A stretch of DNA of 64,000 nucleotides. Origin: Eledone cirrhosa (taxonomy: Eukaryota). The stretch lies in contig OZ024742.1 of assembly GCA_964016885.1 (NCBI GenBank), positions 221,526,001 through 221,590,000 of the forward strand, written 5' to 3'. Made by a program: the position numbers and the translations under genes. The number at the start of each line of letters is the position of its first letter. Within the stretch, counting starts at the first letter, position 1. Below the pieces are notes generated by a model that was given only the letters and a program-made list of their open reading frames with translations, searched no databases and was not told the DNA's origin. Shown here in pieces: positions 1-13,500 of this stretch.

Positions 1-34
1 GTTCTATGTGTGTGTGTGTGTTTTCATTTTGTCC

Positions 35-2011
35 TTAATTGTAAGTTGTGATGTTGCTGTTCCACTCATATTTTCTATTTAATTTTGGTTGTAATTCTTT
101 TATGTTTATTGCCTCTGTAATTTGTCTAAACATTGCATCTTTTCTGTGTGTGGATTCTATTTTTATTTCTATGTTCTCTAATTTACCCTTGTGTTCTATC
201 TTAGCATGTTGGTAGAGTACAGATGATTCTTTATTATCTTGAAGGTCTCACCAGTGTTCATTTATCCGTTCCCCTATACTACGAGCTGTCTCACCTATGT
301 ACACTATATTTTTGTCTCTACATTGTCCTTCAGTACATCTTATGCTATACACTACATTTCTAGTTTTACAGTTAATATGGGGGCTTATTTTACAGGTTAT
401 ACATTTCTTATCTATACATGAGGGTCTTTGAAAAGGGTATGTCTTGCTAATAAGTGTTTTTACGGAGGTACCTGGTCTTTCTACTATCTTAATATTGAGT
501 TTATGTTTATTTAGGGCCCTTCTAAATTTGTAGGCTAGTTCGCCTCTAGGGGTTGTATCGATGAACATTACACTCTGGTATTTATTGCTATCATACCATG
601 AGTTTATTCTATTAGCCTTGTTCCTAGTTCTTTCTATTCTATTCCAAAATTTGCTCCTATACAAGGGGCAGGTCCCATTTATGTCATTATTTACCATTTT
701 TTCCCATTTGGTTCTGGCTCCTCTATACACTCTGATTCTATCTCTCTGATTGTAGCCAGAGAACTGCATACGGTGGATGAAGTGTTGTATGTGTCTCTCT
801 AGTTCTTCGGGGTTGCACATGCGGGACACATTTTTCATCACCCGTACCAAATCCGCAATCAGTATGTTGATTTTGGTATGGTCCGAAATGGCCGAGTTTC
901 GGTGGATCAGATGTTTGGAAGTCATGGGTTTGGCATAATGGGAATGGAGGATTTGTTTTTTGTTGTTAATGGTATCTAACCAGAGCTCTGTGTCTAGTAC
1001 AGGTAATCGATGGTTGGGGTGTTTACTTGGGTAGTCTATAGTAACTCTAATGCTTTGGTGGATGGAGTTTGCTATTTGCTGGATGCTTTCCCTTGTGTTT
1101 TTCTCTAGTTCCTGACTGTTCTCTAGTGGGGGTGTCTTAACTACGATGTTTATGTCATCTACGTAGCGGGAGTACATTATCAGGGTTAAGGGGTCTTCTA
1201 ATTGTTCTTTAAGTTTAAGTTTAAGTCTACTGTCCCACCATACCATGAATAAGTTAGCTATGTCGCCTGCAATGCTAACACCAATGGCTGCTCCTTCCTC
1301 TTGGGCATATGTTTTTCCATTAAATTTGAACATATGTTCCTTAAGGGTTAGTTTTATGCTGGCCCATACCGCATGTGCAATCATTTTCTTCAGTTCATCG
1401 TGGTTTTCGGGTGTCCGTATGGCTCTGGTCCACCCGTTCCATCTATCTGTGTGGGTTTTCTTGGCCATTGAGGTAATGGTAGGTGGTCTGCCTCTTGCTG
1501 GTCTTGTAGGGCACAGGTTGCTAAGGTCATATGTGTCTAGGTAACTATTACTATAGGTAAGCTTAAGTAGAGGTCCCAGCTCACTGGTATCAATCCCACG
1601 GAACTCAACCTTGCTCTCACTGATCATTTCTACGCATTTCTCCACAGCAAAATCCACGTCAATAGATGGATACAGGGACACAACATCCATACTGCCTATT
1701 ATGCAGTTTGTTAGGTCCCCAGATCGGTTACCCACGCCGATTCTGCTGAGGAGGTCCTCCGTGCTGTCACATACATCTGGGGACATTTCAATGATGGGGC
1801 GTATGATCAGGGAGAGGAAGTAGGACAGTCTGTAGTTACTAGCAATGTTAGCTCCACAGACTGGCCGTGTTGGTGGTCCCGCGACAGGGTCACAGCCCGT
1901 TTTATGGTCTTTTCGAAGCCCATACAACGCCGGCACGTCATTGTTCCAGGCCTGGAAGTTGTTGGCAGTCCTTTTGTTGGGCTGCATTATATTCGTCCAC
2001 ATCACCATATG
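35..2011 (-). mobile_element. 5'-truncated Penelope-like retroelement (RT + C-terminal GIY-YIG), probably Hydra-clade-like
   Basis: ORF 248..2077(-) has PLE RT motifs YGLRKDHK, RPVC, SMDVVSLYPSI, GAAIG, RYVDD, LPVLD, a CxxxxCxxC linker and VVYxIxC...VYIGET. The frame continues past a TGA at 248-250 as DLQDNKESSVLYQH...EAINIKELQPKLNRKYEW to TAA near 36. Clade assignment is from recalled motifs. Confidence 0.9.
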
Positions 2012-4200
2012 AGATTGAAGGGTTCTTCCGTCGTTTAAAGCTGAAAGCTTTTTTTCACGACACGCCATCATCAACACAGACGGATGACTTCACTCGTGTC
2101 AGTCACCGGCAATCACATTGGACGCCGATCTCTGGCCAGTTCAGCACCCTCGACTCCTTTGTCGATACTTTCCGGCGTCGATACTTTCCGGTGAATCGGT
2201 TCCATTTCCACCAGCATTCTTGTCGCTCTAACATCACGCGAACTGATCTCTCCGCTCTTCGCAACCTTCGGCGTCGCGATGACATTGTCATCAAACCCGC
2301 TGACAAAGGTGACGCTGTGGTGGTTTGGAGCGCTGACCTCTATAGGGCTGAGGCTCTCCACCAGCTTCACAATACCCTTTTTTACCGCCCTTTATCCACC
2401 GACCCCACTCCTGGCTACCAACAACTCGTATCCTCCACCATCCACAAGCTCATCTCCTCCTCTCACCTACCCCCCACAGCCACCAACCTTGTTGTACGCA
2501 CCCCTCACACACCCACCATCTACTTCCTCCCCAAAATACACAAACAAGATAATCCCAGCCGTCCTATCGTTTCTGCATGCAACTGCCTCACCAAGATAAT
2601 TTCTGAATATTTAGACACATCTTCGCCCCGTTGGTCGGCAATCTCCCCTCCCACATCCACGATACAAATCATGCCCTTAAACTCTTCAACTCCTTCTCCT
2701 ACCCTCCTGGCCCCTCTCGCCTTCTCTTTAGCCTGGATATCACCTCTCTCTATACCGTCATCCCTCATGATGACGGCCTCCATGCTCTCCAACATTTTTT
2801 AGATTTACGCCCTACCCCTCACCCCAGCACTACCACCCTTCTCCGTCTAGCTGAGCTTGTTCGCACCCTCAATGGATTTTCTTTTTCGGGTGAATTTTAT
2901 CAACAGGTCTCTGGGGTAGCGATGGGAAACAGAATGGGTCCAAACTATGCCAACTTGTTTGTTGGCTATGTCGAAGCCCAGATCTCCAAGTACGCTGGAC
3001 CTACTCCTGAGCTATACGGTCGTTATATCGACGACTGTATCGGCACCACCTCTCAATCTCAAGAACAGCTCGACTGTTTTCTTTCTTTTGTCCAATCTTT
3101 CCATCCTGCTCTCAATGTCACCGCCTCCGTCTCCGATTCTTCTGTCGCTTTTCTAGATATCTCTCTATCTATTAATCACTCTCACCTCACCCTCTCTACT
3201 TCCCTCTACATTAAACCAACAGACTCCCAATCTTATCTCGACTTCACCTCCTCCCATCCAACCCACACCAAACACTCCATAGTCTATTCCCAATTCCTCC
3301 GTCTTCGTCGACTCGGTAGCCAGGACGACGATTTCGAAACCCATTCCCTTCGCATGGCTTATCCCCACCACCTTGTGGATATCCCCCCACCTTGATCCAA
3401 GCTGCTCTCACCCGCGCCCGTGAAACAGACCGCACCACAGCCCTCTCACCTCACACCGCCCTCCCAACACCCGTGTTCCTTTCCTTCTCAACTACCACCC
3501 CATCACCCTACCACTCCGGTGACATATCCTCCGTTCCTTCCGTATCCTCTCTTCTGACCCCGTCATTTCTCGCTTTTTTCCAAACCCACCCATTACTGCT
3601 TTTAAGCGCGCCCGAAACCTCCGCGACCTCCTGGTTCGCAGTTCTTTTTACGTCCTCTCCCACGACTCCACTCGGCTCTCATCCTTGTTCCCGTTCCGAC
3701 TGCAACACTTATCCCTTTATTTCCACCCTCACCACTCTTACAGGCCCTAACCGCCATTCCTTCACCTGCACATCCACCCACGATATCTATGCCCTCCGGT
3801 GTTCCCTTTGCGGGTCTTTATATATCGGACAAACTGGACGCCGTATGGCGGACCGTTTCGCCGAAAATATGAGAGACATACGACTCGGTTTGGATACTCC
3901 TGTCGCCCGTCATTTCTGTTCTCCTGGTCAGTCTTCCCTACATGTTTCAGTCCTGGGTATCCTTTTACATCATGGATCAAAGGCCTCGCGCACCAGAACT
4001 GAACAAAGTCTGATTCACCGTCTTGGGTCCTATTCCCCTCTTGGACTCAACTCACCTCCCCAATTTCTCTAATACCCCGTCCATTATCACACCTCTAGAT
4101 TCCTATCGCTTTCTCTTTGCTCATAGCTTCGTACTTACATGCACACACACTCTTTTACTCACATATACACACATATCTCTTCTTAGCTTCGTACGGACCT
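2006..4200 (+). mobile_element. 5'-truncated, frameshifted Neptune-type Penelope-like retroelement (RT + GIY-YIG)
   Basis: Across frames: FFRRLKLKAFF, IVIKPADKG, YFLPKIHK, RPIVS, LDITSLYT, GVAMG, RYIDD, FLDI, YSQFLRLRR, CTSTHDIYALRCSLCGSLYIGQT, PVARHF, PLGLN. Stop at 4072. Confidence 0.9.
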
Positions 4201-4202
4201 AT

Positions 4203-4204
<2 letters not shown>

Positions 4205-4257
<53 letters not shown>

Positions 4258-4280
4258 CACACATACACACACACACTCAT
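4205..4280. repeat. (CA)n microsatellite
   Basis: Direct reading. Confidence 0.95.
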
Positions 4281-4294
4281 GCTTACGCACGTGC

Positions 4295-4520
4295 TCAAGT
4301 ATAGCGCTTTTTACAAAACGATTTTTTTCTCCATTTCAGGTAGACGCGCGCCATCATCCACTTTTCTAAAAAACAAATCATACACAAAACGCCAGCACCA
4401 ACAGTTTTGCAAGAGATGTCAACATAAATGGACCTGCTATTTTTATCTAATGACATTTTTTCCAATTCCATCCTGCCCGTCCCCTTAATCTATTTTATTT
4501 CTCATTCTTTCTTCTGATGA
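4295..4520 (+). mobile_element. PLE pseudo-LTR-like repeat, truncated inside its hammerhead core
   Basis: Aligns by eye to the reverse complement of about 38277-38515 (caagtatagc...tagacgcgc.ccatcatccacttttctaaaaa...ccgtccc...cttctgatga). Ends at CTGATGA 4514-4520. Confidence 0.8.
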
Positions 4521-7500
4521 TTTAGGTTAAATTTAGCTTATATTTAGCTTAGATTTAGGTAAGATTTAGCTTATATTTAGCTTAGATTTAGGTGATATTT
4601 AGCTTATATTTAGCTTAGATTTAGGTGAGATTTAGCTTAGATTTAGCTTAGATTTAGGTGAGATATAGCTTATATTTAGCTTAGATTTAGGTGAGATTTA
4701 GCTTATATTTAGCTTCGATTTAGGTGAGATTTAGCTTATATTTAGCTTCGATTTAGGTGAGATTTAGCTTATATTTAGCTTAGATTTAGGTGAGATTTAG
4801 CATAGATTTAGCTTATATTTAGGTGAGATTTAGCTTACATTTAGCTTAGATTTAGGGTAGATTTAGCTTATATTTAGCTTATATTTAGGTGAGATTTAGC
4901 TTATATTTAGTTTAGATTGAGGTGAAATTAAGCTTACATGTAGCTTAGATTTAGGTGAGATTTAGCTTATATTTAGCTGAGATTTGGGTGAGATTTAGCT
5001 TAGATTTAGCTTAGATTTCGGTGAGATTTAAATTTGATTTAGCTTAAATTAAGGTGAGATTTAACTTATATTTAGCTTAGATTTAAGTGAGATATAGCTT
5101 AGATTTATATGAGATTTAGCTTATATTTAGTTTAGATTTAGGTGAGATTTAGCTTAGATTTAGCTTAGATTTCGGTGAGATTTAAATTTGATTTAGCTTA
5201 AATTAAGGTGAGATTTAACTTATATTTAGCTTAGATTTAAGTGAGATATAGCTTAGATTTAGATGAGATTTAGCTTATATTTAGTTTAGATTTAGGTGAG
5301 ATTTAGCTTAGATTTAGATTAGATTTAGCTGAGACTTAGCTTAGATTTAGGTGAGATTTTGCTTATATTTAGCATGGAGTCAGATGAGATTTAACTTATA
5401 TTTAGCCTAGATTTGGGTGAGATTTAGCTTATATTTAGGTGAGATTTAAATGAGGTTTAGCTTATATTTAGCTTAGATTTAGGTGAGATCTAGCTTAGAT
5501 TTAGGTGAGATTTAGCTTATATTTAGCTTAGATTATGGTGAGATTTAGCTTATATTTAGCTTAGATTTAGGCGAGATTTAGCTTATATTTAGCTTAGATT
5601 TAGGTTAGATTTAGCTTATATTTAGATTAGATTTAGGTGAGATTTACCTTATATTTAGCTAAGATTTATGTGAGATTTAGCTTTGATTTAGCTTAGATTT
5701 AGGTGAGATTTAGGTTAGATTTAGCTTAGATTAAGGTGAGATTTAGCTTATATTTACCTTAGATTTAGGTGAGATTTAGCTAAGATTTAGCTTAGATTTA
5801 GGTGAGATTTAGCTTATATTAAGCTTAGATTTAGCTAAGATTTTGCTTAGATTTAGTTTAGATTTAGGTGAGATTTAGCTTTGATTTAGCTTTGATTTAG
5901 ATGAGATTTAGCTTAGATTTAGCTAAGATTTAGGGTAGATTTAGCTTATATTTAGCTTATGTTTAGTTGAGATTTAGCTTAGATTTAGCTTATATTTAGG
6001 TGAGATTTAGCTTAGATGTAGCTTAGATTTAGGTGAGATTTAGGTGAGATTTAGTTTATATTTAGCTTAGATTTAGGTGAGATTTAGCTAAGATTTAGCT
6101 TAGATTTAGATGAGATTTAGCTTATATTTAGCTTAGATTTAGGTGATATTTAGCGTATATTTAGCTTAGATTTAGGTGAGATTTAGCTTATATTTAGCTT
6201 AGATTTTGGTGAGATTTAGCTTATATTTAGCTTAGATTTAGGTGAGATTTAGCTTATATTTATCTTAGATTTAGGTGAGATTTAGCATAGATTTAGCTTA
6301 GATTTAGGTGAGATTTAGCTTACATTTAGCTTAGATTTAGGGTAGATTTAGCTTATATTTAGCTTATATTTAGGTGAGATTTAGCTTATATTTAGTTTAG
6401 ATTGAGGTGAAATTTAGCTTAGATGTAGCTTAGATTTAGGTGAGATTTAGCTTATATTTAGCTTAGATTTGGGTGATATTTAGCTTAGATTTAGCTTAGA
6501 TTTAGCTTAGATTTAGGTGAGATTTAGATTTGATTTAGCTTAAATTTAGGTGAGATTTAACTTATATTTAGCTTAGATTTAAGTGAGATTTAGCTTAGAT
6601 TTAGATGAGATTTAGCTTATATTTAGTTTAGATTTAGGTGAGATTTAGCGTAGATTTAGATTAGATTTAGCTGAGATTTAGCTTAGATTTAGCTTAGATT
6701 TAGATGAGATTTAGCTTATATTTAGCTTAGATTTAGGTGATATTTAGCTTATATTTAGCTTAGATTTAGGTGAGATTTAGCTTATATTTAGCTTAGATTT
6801 AGGTGAGATTTAGCTTAGATTTAGCTTAGATTTAGGTGAGATATAGTTTATATTTAGCTTTGATTTAGGTGAGATTTAGCTTATATTTAGCGTAGATTTA
6901 GGTGAGATTTAGCTTATATTTAGCTTAGATTTAGGTGAGATTTAGCTTATATTTAGCTTAGATTTAGGTGAGATTTAGCATAGATTTAGCTTAGATTTAG
7001 GTGAGATTTAGCTTACATTTAGCTTAGATTTAGGGTAGATTTAGCTTATATTTAGCTTATATTTAGGTGAGATTTAGCTTATATTTAGTTTAGATTGAGG
7101 TGAAATTTAGCTTAGATGTAGCTTAGATTTAGGTGAGATTTAGCTTATATTTAGCTTAGATTTGGGTGATATTTAGCTTAGATTTAGCTTAGATTTAGGT
7201 GAGATTTAGATTTGATTTAGCTTAAATTTAGGTGACATTTAACTTATATTTAGCTTAGATTTAAGTGAGATTTAGCTTAGATTAGATGAGATTTAGCTTA
7301 TATTTAGTTTAGATTTAGCTGAGATTTAGCTTAGATTTAGCTTAGATTTAGATGAGATTTAGCTTATATTTAGCTTAGATTTATGTGATATTTAGCTTAT
7401 ATTTAGCTTAGATTTAGGTGAGATTTAGCTTATATTTAGCTTAGATTTAGGTGAGATTTAGCGTTGATTTAGCTTAGATTTAGGTGAGCTTTAGCTTAGA

Positions 7501-10500
7501 TTTAGCTTAGATTTAGGTGAGATTTTGCTTATATTTAGCTTAGATTTAGGTGAGAACTAGCTTAAATTTAGCTTAGATTTAGGTGAGGTTTAGCTTTGAT
7601 TTAGCTTAGATTTAGGTGAGATTTAGCTTAGATTTAGCTTAGATTTAGGTGAGATTTAGCTTAGATTTACCTTAGATTTAGGTGAGATTTAGCTTATATT
7701 TAGCATGGATTAAGATGAGATTTAGCTTATATTTAGCCTAGATTTGGGTGAGATTTAGCTTATATTTAGGTGAGATTTAAATGAGGTTTAGCTTATATTT
7801 AGCTTAGATTTAGGTGAGATCTAGCTTAGATTTAGGTGAGATTTAGCTTATATTTAGTTTAGATTATAGTGAGATTTAGCTTATATTTCGTTTAGATTTA
7901 GGTGAGATTTAGCTTATATTTAGCTTATATTTAGGCGAGATTTAGCTTATATTTAGCTTAGATTTAGGTTAGATTTAGCTTATATTTAGATTAGATTTAG
8001 CTTAGATTTAGCTTAGATTTAGGTGAGATTTAGCTTATATTTAGCTTAGATTAGCTAAGATTTTGCTTAGATTTAGCTTAGATTTAGGCGAGATTTAGCT
8101 TATATTTAGCTTAGATTTAGGTTAGATTTAGCTTATATTTAGATTAGATTTAGGTGAGATTTAGCTTATATTCAGCTTAGATTTAGGGGAGATTTAGCTT
8201 AGATTTAGCTTAGATTTAGGTGAGATTTAGCTTATATTCAGCTTAGATTTAGGTGAGATTTAGCTTATATTTAGCTTATATTTAGGTGAGATTTAGCTTA
8301 TATTTAGCTTAGATTTAGGTGAGATTTAGCATAGATTTAGCTTAGATTTAGGTGAGATTTAGCTTACATTTAGCTTAGATTTAGGGTAGATTTAGCTTAT
8401 ATTTAGCTTATATTTAGGTGAGATTTAGCTTATATTTAGTTTAGATTTGGGTGAGATTTAGCTTAGATTTAGCTTAGATTTAGGTGAGATTTAGATTTGA
8501 TATAGCTTAAATTTAGGTGAGATTTAACTTATATTTAGCTTAGATTTAAGTGAGATTTAGCTTAGATTTAGATGAGATTTAGCTTATATTTAGTTTAGAT
8601 TTAGGTGAGATTTAGCTTACATTTAGATTAGATTTAGCTTAGATTTAGCTTAGATTTAGCTTAGATTTAGGTGAGATTTTGCTTATATTTAGCTTAGATT
8701 TAGGTGAGAACTAGCTTAAATTTAGCTTAGATTTAGGTAAGATTTAGCTTTGATTTAGCTTAGATTTAGCTGAGATTTAGCTTAGATTTAGCTTAGATTT
8801 AGGTGAGATTTAGCTTAGATTTACCTTAGATTTAGGTGAGATTTAGCTTATATTTAGCATGGATTAAGATGAGATTTAGCTTATATTTAGCCTAGATTTG
8901 TGTGAGATTTAGCTTATATTTAGGTGAGATTTAAATGAGGTTTAGCTTATATTTAGCTTAGATTTAGGTGAGATCTAGCTTAGATTTAGGTGAGATTTAG
9001 CTTATATTTAGTTTAGATTATGGAGAGATTTAGCTTATATCTCGTTTAGATTTAGGTGAGATTTAGCTTATATATAGCTTTGATTTAGGCGAGATTTAGC
9101 TTATATTTAGCTAGATTTAGGTTAGATTTAGCTTATATTTAGATTAGATTTAGGTGAGATTTAGCTTATATTTAGCTTAGATTTATGTGAGATTTAGCTT
9201 AGATTTAGCTAAGATTTAGGTGAGATTTAGCTTTGATTTAGCTTAGATTTAGGTGAGATTTAGCTTAGATTTAGCTTAGATGAAGGTGAGATTTAGCTTA
9301 TATTTACCTTAGATTTACGTGAGATTTAGCTTAGATGTAGCTTAGATTTAGGTGAGATTTAGCTTATATTTAGCTTATATTTAGGTGAGATTTAGCGTAG
9401 ATTTAGGTGAGATTTAGCTTAGAGTTAGCTTTGATTTAGGTTAGATTTAGGTGAGGTTTAGCTTATATTTAGCTTAGATTTAGGTGAGATTTAGCTAAGA
9501 TTTAGCTAAGATTTAGATGAGATTTAGCTTATATTTAGCTTAGAATTAGGTGATATTTAGCTTATATTTAGCTTAGATTTAGGTGAGATTTAGCTTATAT
9601 TTAGCTTAGATTTAGGTGAGATTTAGCTTAGATTTAGCTTAGATTTAGGTGAGATATAGTTTATATTTAGCTTAGATTTAGGTGAGATTTAGCTTATATT
9701 TAGCTTAGATTTAGGTGAGATTTAGCTTATATTTAGCTTAGATTTAGGTGAGATTTAGCTTATATTTAGCTTAGATTTAGGTGAGATTTAGCATAGAATT
9801 AGCTTAGATTTAGGTGAGATTTAGCTTACATTTAGCTTAGATTTAGGGTAGATTTAGCTTATATTTAGCTTATATTTAGGTGAGATTTAGCTTATATTTA
9901 GTTTAGATTGAGGTGAAATTTAGCTTAGATGTAGCTTAGATTTAGGTGAGATTTAGCTTATATTTAGCTTAGATTTGGGTGATATTTAGCTTAGATTTAG
10001 CTTAGATTTATGTGAGATTTAGATTTGATTTAGCTTAAATTTAGGTGAGATTTAACTTATATTTAGCTTAGATTTAAGTGAGATTTAGCTTAGATGAGAT
10101 TTAGCTTATATTTAGTTTAGATTTAGGTGAGATTTAGCGGAGATTTAGATTAGATTTAGCTGAGATTTAGCTTAGATTTAGCTTAGATTTAGATGAGATT
10201 TAGCTTATATTTAGCTTAGATTTAGGTGATATTTAGCTCATATTTAGCTTAGATTTAGGTGAGATTTAGCTTATATTTAGCTTAGATTTAGGTGAGATTT
10301 AGCTTAGATTTAGCTTAGATTTAGGTGAGATATAGCTTATATTTAGCTTAGATTTAGGTGAGATTCAGCTTATATTTAGCTTAGATTTAGGTGAGATTTA
10401 GCTTATATTTAGCTTAGATTTAGGTGAGATTTAGCTTATATTTAGCTTAGATTTAGGTGAGATTTAGCTTACATTTAGCTTAGATTTAGGGTAGATTTAG

Positions 10501-13500
10501 CTTATATTTAGCTTATATTTAGGTGAGATTTAGCTTATATTTAGTTTAGATTGAGGTGAAATTTAGCTTAGATGTAGCTTAGATTTAGGTGAGATTTAGC
10601 TTATATTTATCTTAGATTTGGGTGATATTTAGCTTAGATTTAGCTTAGATTTAGGTGAGATTTAGATTTGATTTAGCTTAAATTTAGGTGAGATTTAACT
10701 TATATTTAGCTTAGATTTAAGTGACATTTAGCTTAGATTTAGATGAGATTTAGCTTATATTTAGTTTAGATTTAGGTGAGATTTAGCGTAGATTTAGATT
10801 AGATTTAGCTGAGATTTAGCTTAGATTTAGCTTAGATTTAGGTGAGATTTTGCTTATATTTAGCTTAGATTTAGGTGAGAACTAGCTTAAATTTAGCTTA
10901 GATTTAGGTGAGATTTAGCTTTGATTTAGCTTAGATTTAGGTGAGATTTAGATTAGATTTAGCTTAGATTTAGGTGAGATTTAGTTTAGATTTACCTTAG
11001 ATTTAGGTGAGATTTAGCTTATATTTAGCATGGATTAAGATGAGATTTAGCTTATATTTAGCCTAGATTTGGGTGAGATTTAGCTTATATTTAGGTGAGA
11101 TTTAAATGAGGTTTAGCTTATATTTAGCTTAGATTTAGGTGAGATCTAGCTTAGATTTAGGTGAGATTTAGCTTATATTTAGTTTAGATTATGGTGAGAT
11201 TTAGCTTATATTTCGTTTAGATTTAGGTGAGATTTAGCTTATATTTAGCTTAGATTTAGGCGAGATTTAGCTTATATTTAGCTTAGATTTAGGTTAGATT
11301 TAGCTTATATTTAGATTAGATTTAGGTGAGATTTAGCTTATATTTAGCTTAGATTTATGTGAGATTTAGCTTAGATTTAGCTAAGATTTAGGTGAGATTT
11401 AGCTTTGATTTAGCTTAGATTTAGGTGAGATTTAGCTTAGATTTAGCTTAGATTAAGGTGAGATTTAGCTTATATTTACCTTAGATTTAGGTGAGATTTA
11501 GCTTAGATTTAGCTTAGATTTAGGTGAGATTTAGCTTATATTTAGCTTAGATTTAGCTAAGATTTTGCTTAGATTTAGTTTATATTTAGGTGAGATTTAG
11601 CTTACATTTAGCTTAGGTTTAGATGAGATTTAGCTTATATTTTGCATAGATTTAGGTGAGATTTATCTTTGATTTAGCTTAGATTTAGGTGAGATTTAGC
11701 TTATATTTAGCTTAGATTTAGGTGAGATTTAGCTTAGAAATAGCTTAGATTTAGGTGAGATTTAGCTTATATTTAGCTTAGATTTAGGTGAGATTTAACT
11801 TAGATTTAGCTTAGATTTAGGTGAGAATTAGCTTAGATTTAGCTTATATTTAGGTGAGATTTAGCTTATATTTAGCTTAGATTTAGGTGAGATTAAGCTT
11901 AGATTTAGTGAGATTTAGCTTAGATTTAGCTTTGATTTAGCTTAGATTTAGGTGAGATTTAGCTTATATTTAGCTTAGATTTAGGTGAGATTTAGCTTAG
12001 ATTTAGCATGGATTTAGATGAGATTTAGCTTATATTTAACCTAGATTTGGGTGAGATTTAGCTTATATTTAGGTGAGATTTAATTGAGATTTAGCTTATA
12101 TTTAGCTTAGATTTAGGTGAGATCTAGCTTAGATTAAGTTGAGATTTAGCTTATATTTAGCTCAGATTATGGTGACATTTAGCTTATATTTCGTTTAGAT
12201 TTAGGTGAGATTTAGCTTATATTTAGCTTAGATTTAGGCGAGATTTAGCTTATATTTAGCTTAGATTTAGGTTAGATTTAGCATATATTTAGATTAGATT
12301 TAGGTGAGATTTAGCTCATATTCAGCTTAGATTTAGGGGAGATTTAGCTTACATTTAGCTTAGATTTAGGTGAGATTTAGCTTATAGTAAGCTTAGATTT
12401 AGCTAAGATTTTGCTTAGATTTAGTTCAGACTTAGGTGAGATTTAGCTTTGATTTAGCTTAGATTTAGGTGAGATTTAGCTTAGATTTAGCTAAGATTTA
12501 GGGTAGATTTAGCTTATATTTAGCTTATTTGTAGTTGAGATTTAGCTTAGATTTAGCTTTTATTTAGGTGAGATTTAGCTTAGATGTAGCTTAGATTTAG
12601 GTGAGATTTAGCTTATATTTAGCTTAAATTTAGGTGAGATTTAGCTTAGATTTAGGTCAGATTTAGATTAGATTTAGCTTTGATTTAGGTTAGATTTAGG
12701 TGAGATTTAGCTTATATTTAGCTTAGAATTAGGTGAGATTTAGCTAAGATTTAGCTTAGATTTAGATGATATTTAGCTTATATTTAGCTTAGATTTAGGT
12801 GATATTTAGCTTATATTTAGCTTAGATTTAGGTGAGATTTAGCTTATATTTAGCTTAGATTTAGGTGAGATTTAGCTTAGATTTAGCTTAGATTTAGGTG
12901 AGATATAGCTTATATTTAGCTTAGATTTATGTGAGATTTAGCTTAGATTTATCTAAGATTTGGGTGAGATTTAGCTTTGATTTAACTTAGATTTAGCTGA
13001 GATTTAGCTGAGATTTAGCTTAGATTAAGGTGAGATTTAGCTTATATTTACCTTAGATTTAGGTGAGATTTAGCTTAGATTTAGCTTAGATTTAGGTGAG
13101 ATTTAGCTTATATTTAGCTTAGATTTAGCTAAGATTTTGCTTAGATTTAGTTTAGATTTAGGTGAGATTTAGCTTATATTTCGTTTAGATTTAGGTGAGA
13201 TTTAGCTTATATTTAGCTTAGATTTAGGCGAGATTTAGCTTATATTTAGCTTAGATTTAGGTGAGATTTAGCTTATATTCAGCTTAGATTTAGGGGAGAT
13301 TTAGCTTAGATTTAGCCTAGATTTAGGTGAGATTTAGCTCATATTCAGCTTAGATTTAGGTGAGATTTAGCTTATATTTAGCTTAGATTTAGGTGAGATT
13401 TAGCTTATATTTAGCTTAGATTTAGGTGAGATTTAGCATAGATTTAGCTTAGATTTAGGTGAGATTTAGCTTACATTTAGCTAGATTTAGGGTAGATTTA

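Noticed and set aside
248-2077. Naiad assignment, or a 609-aa intact protein
   Set aside because: The endonuclease is C-terminal (Naiads have it N-terminal), and the first ~22 residues are antisense of the neighbouring element.
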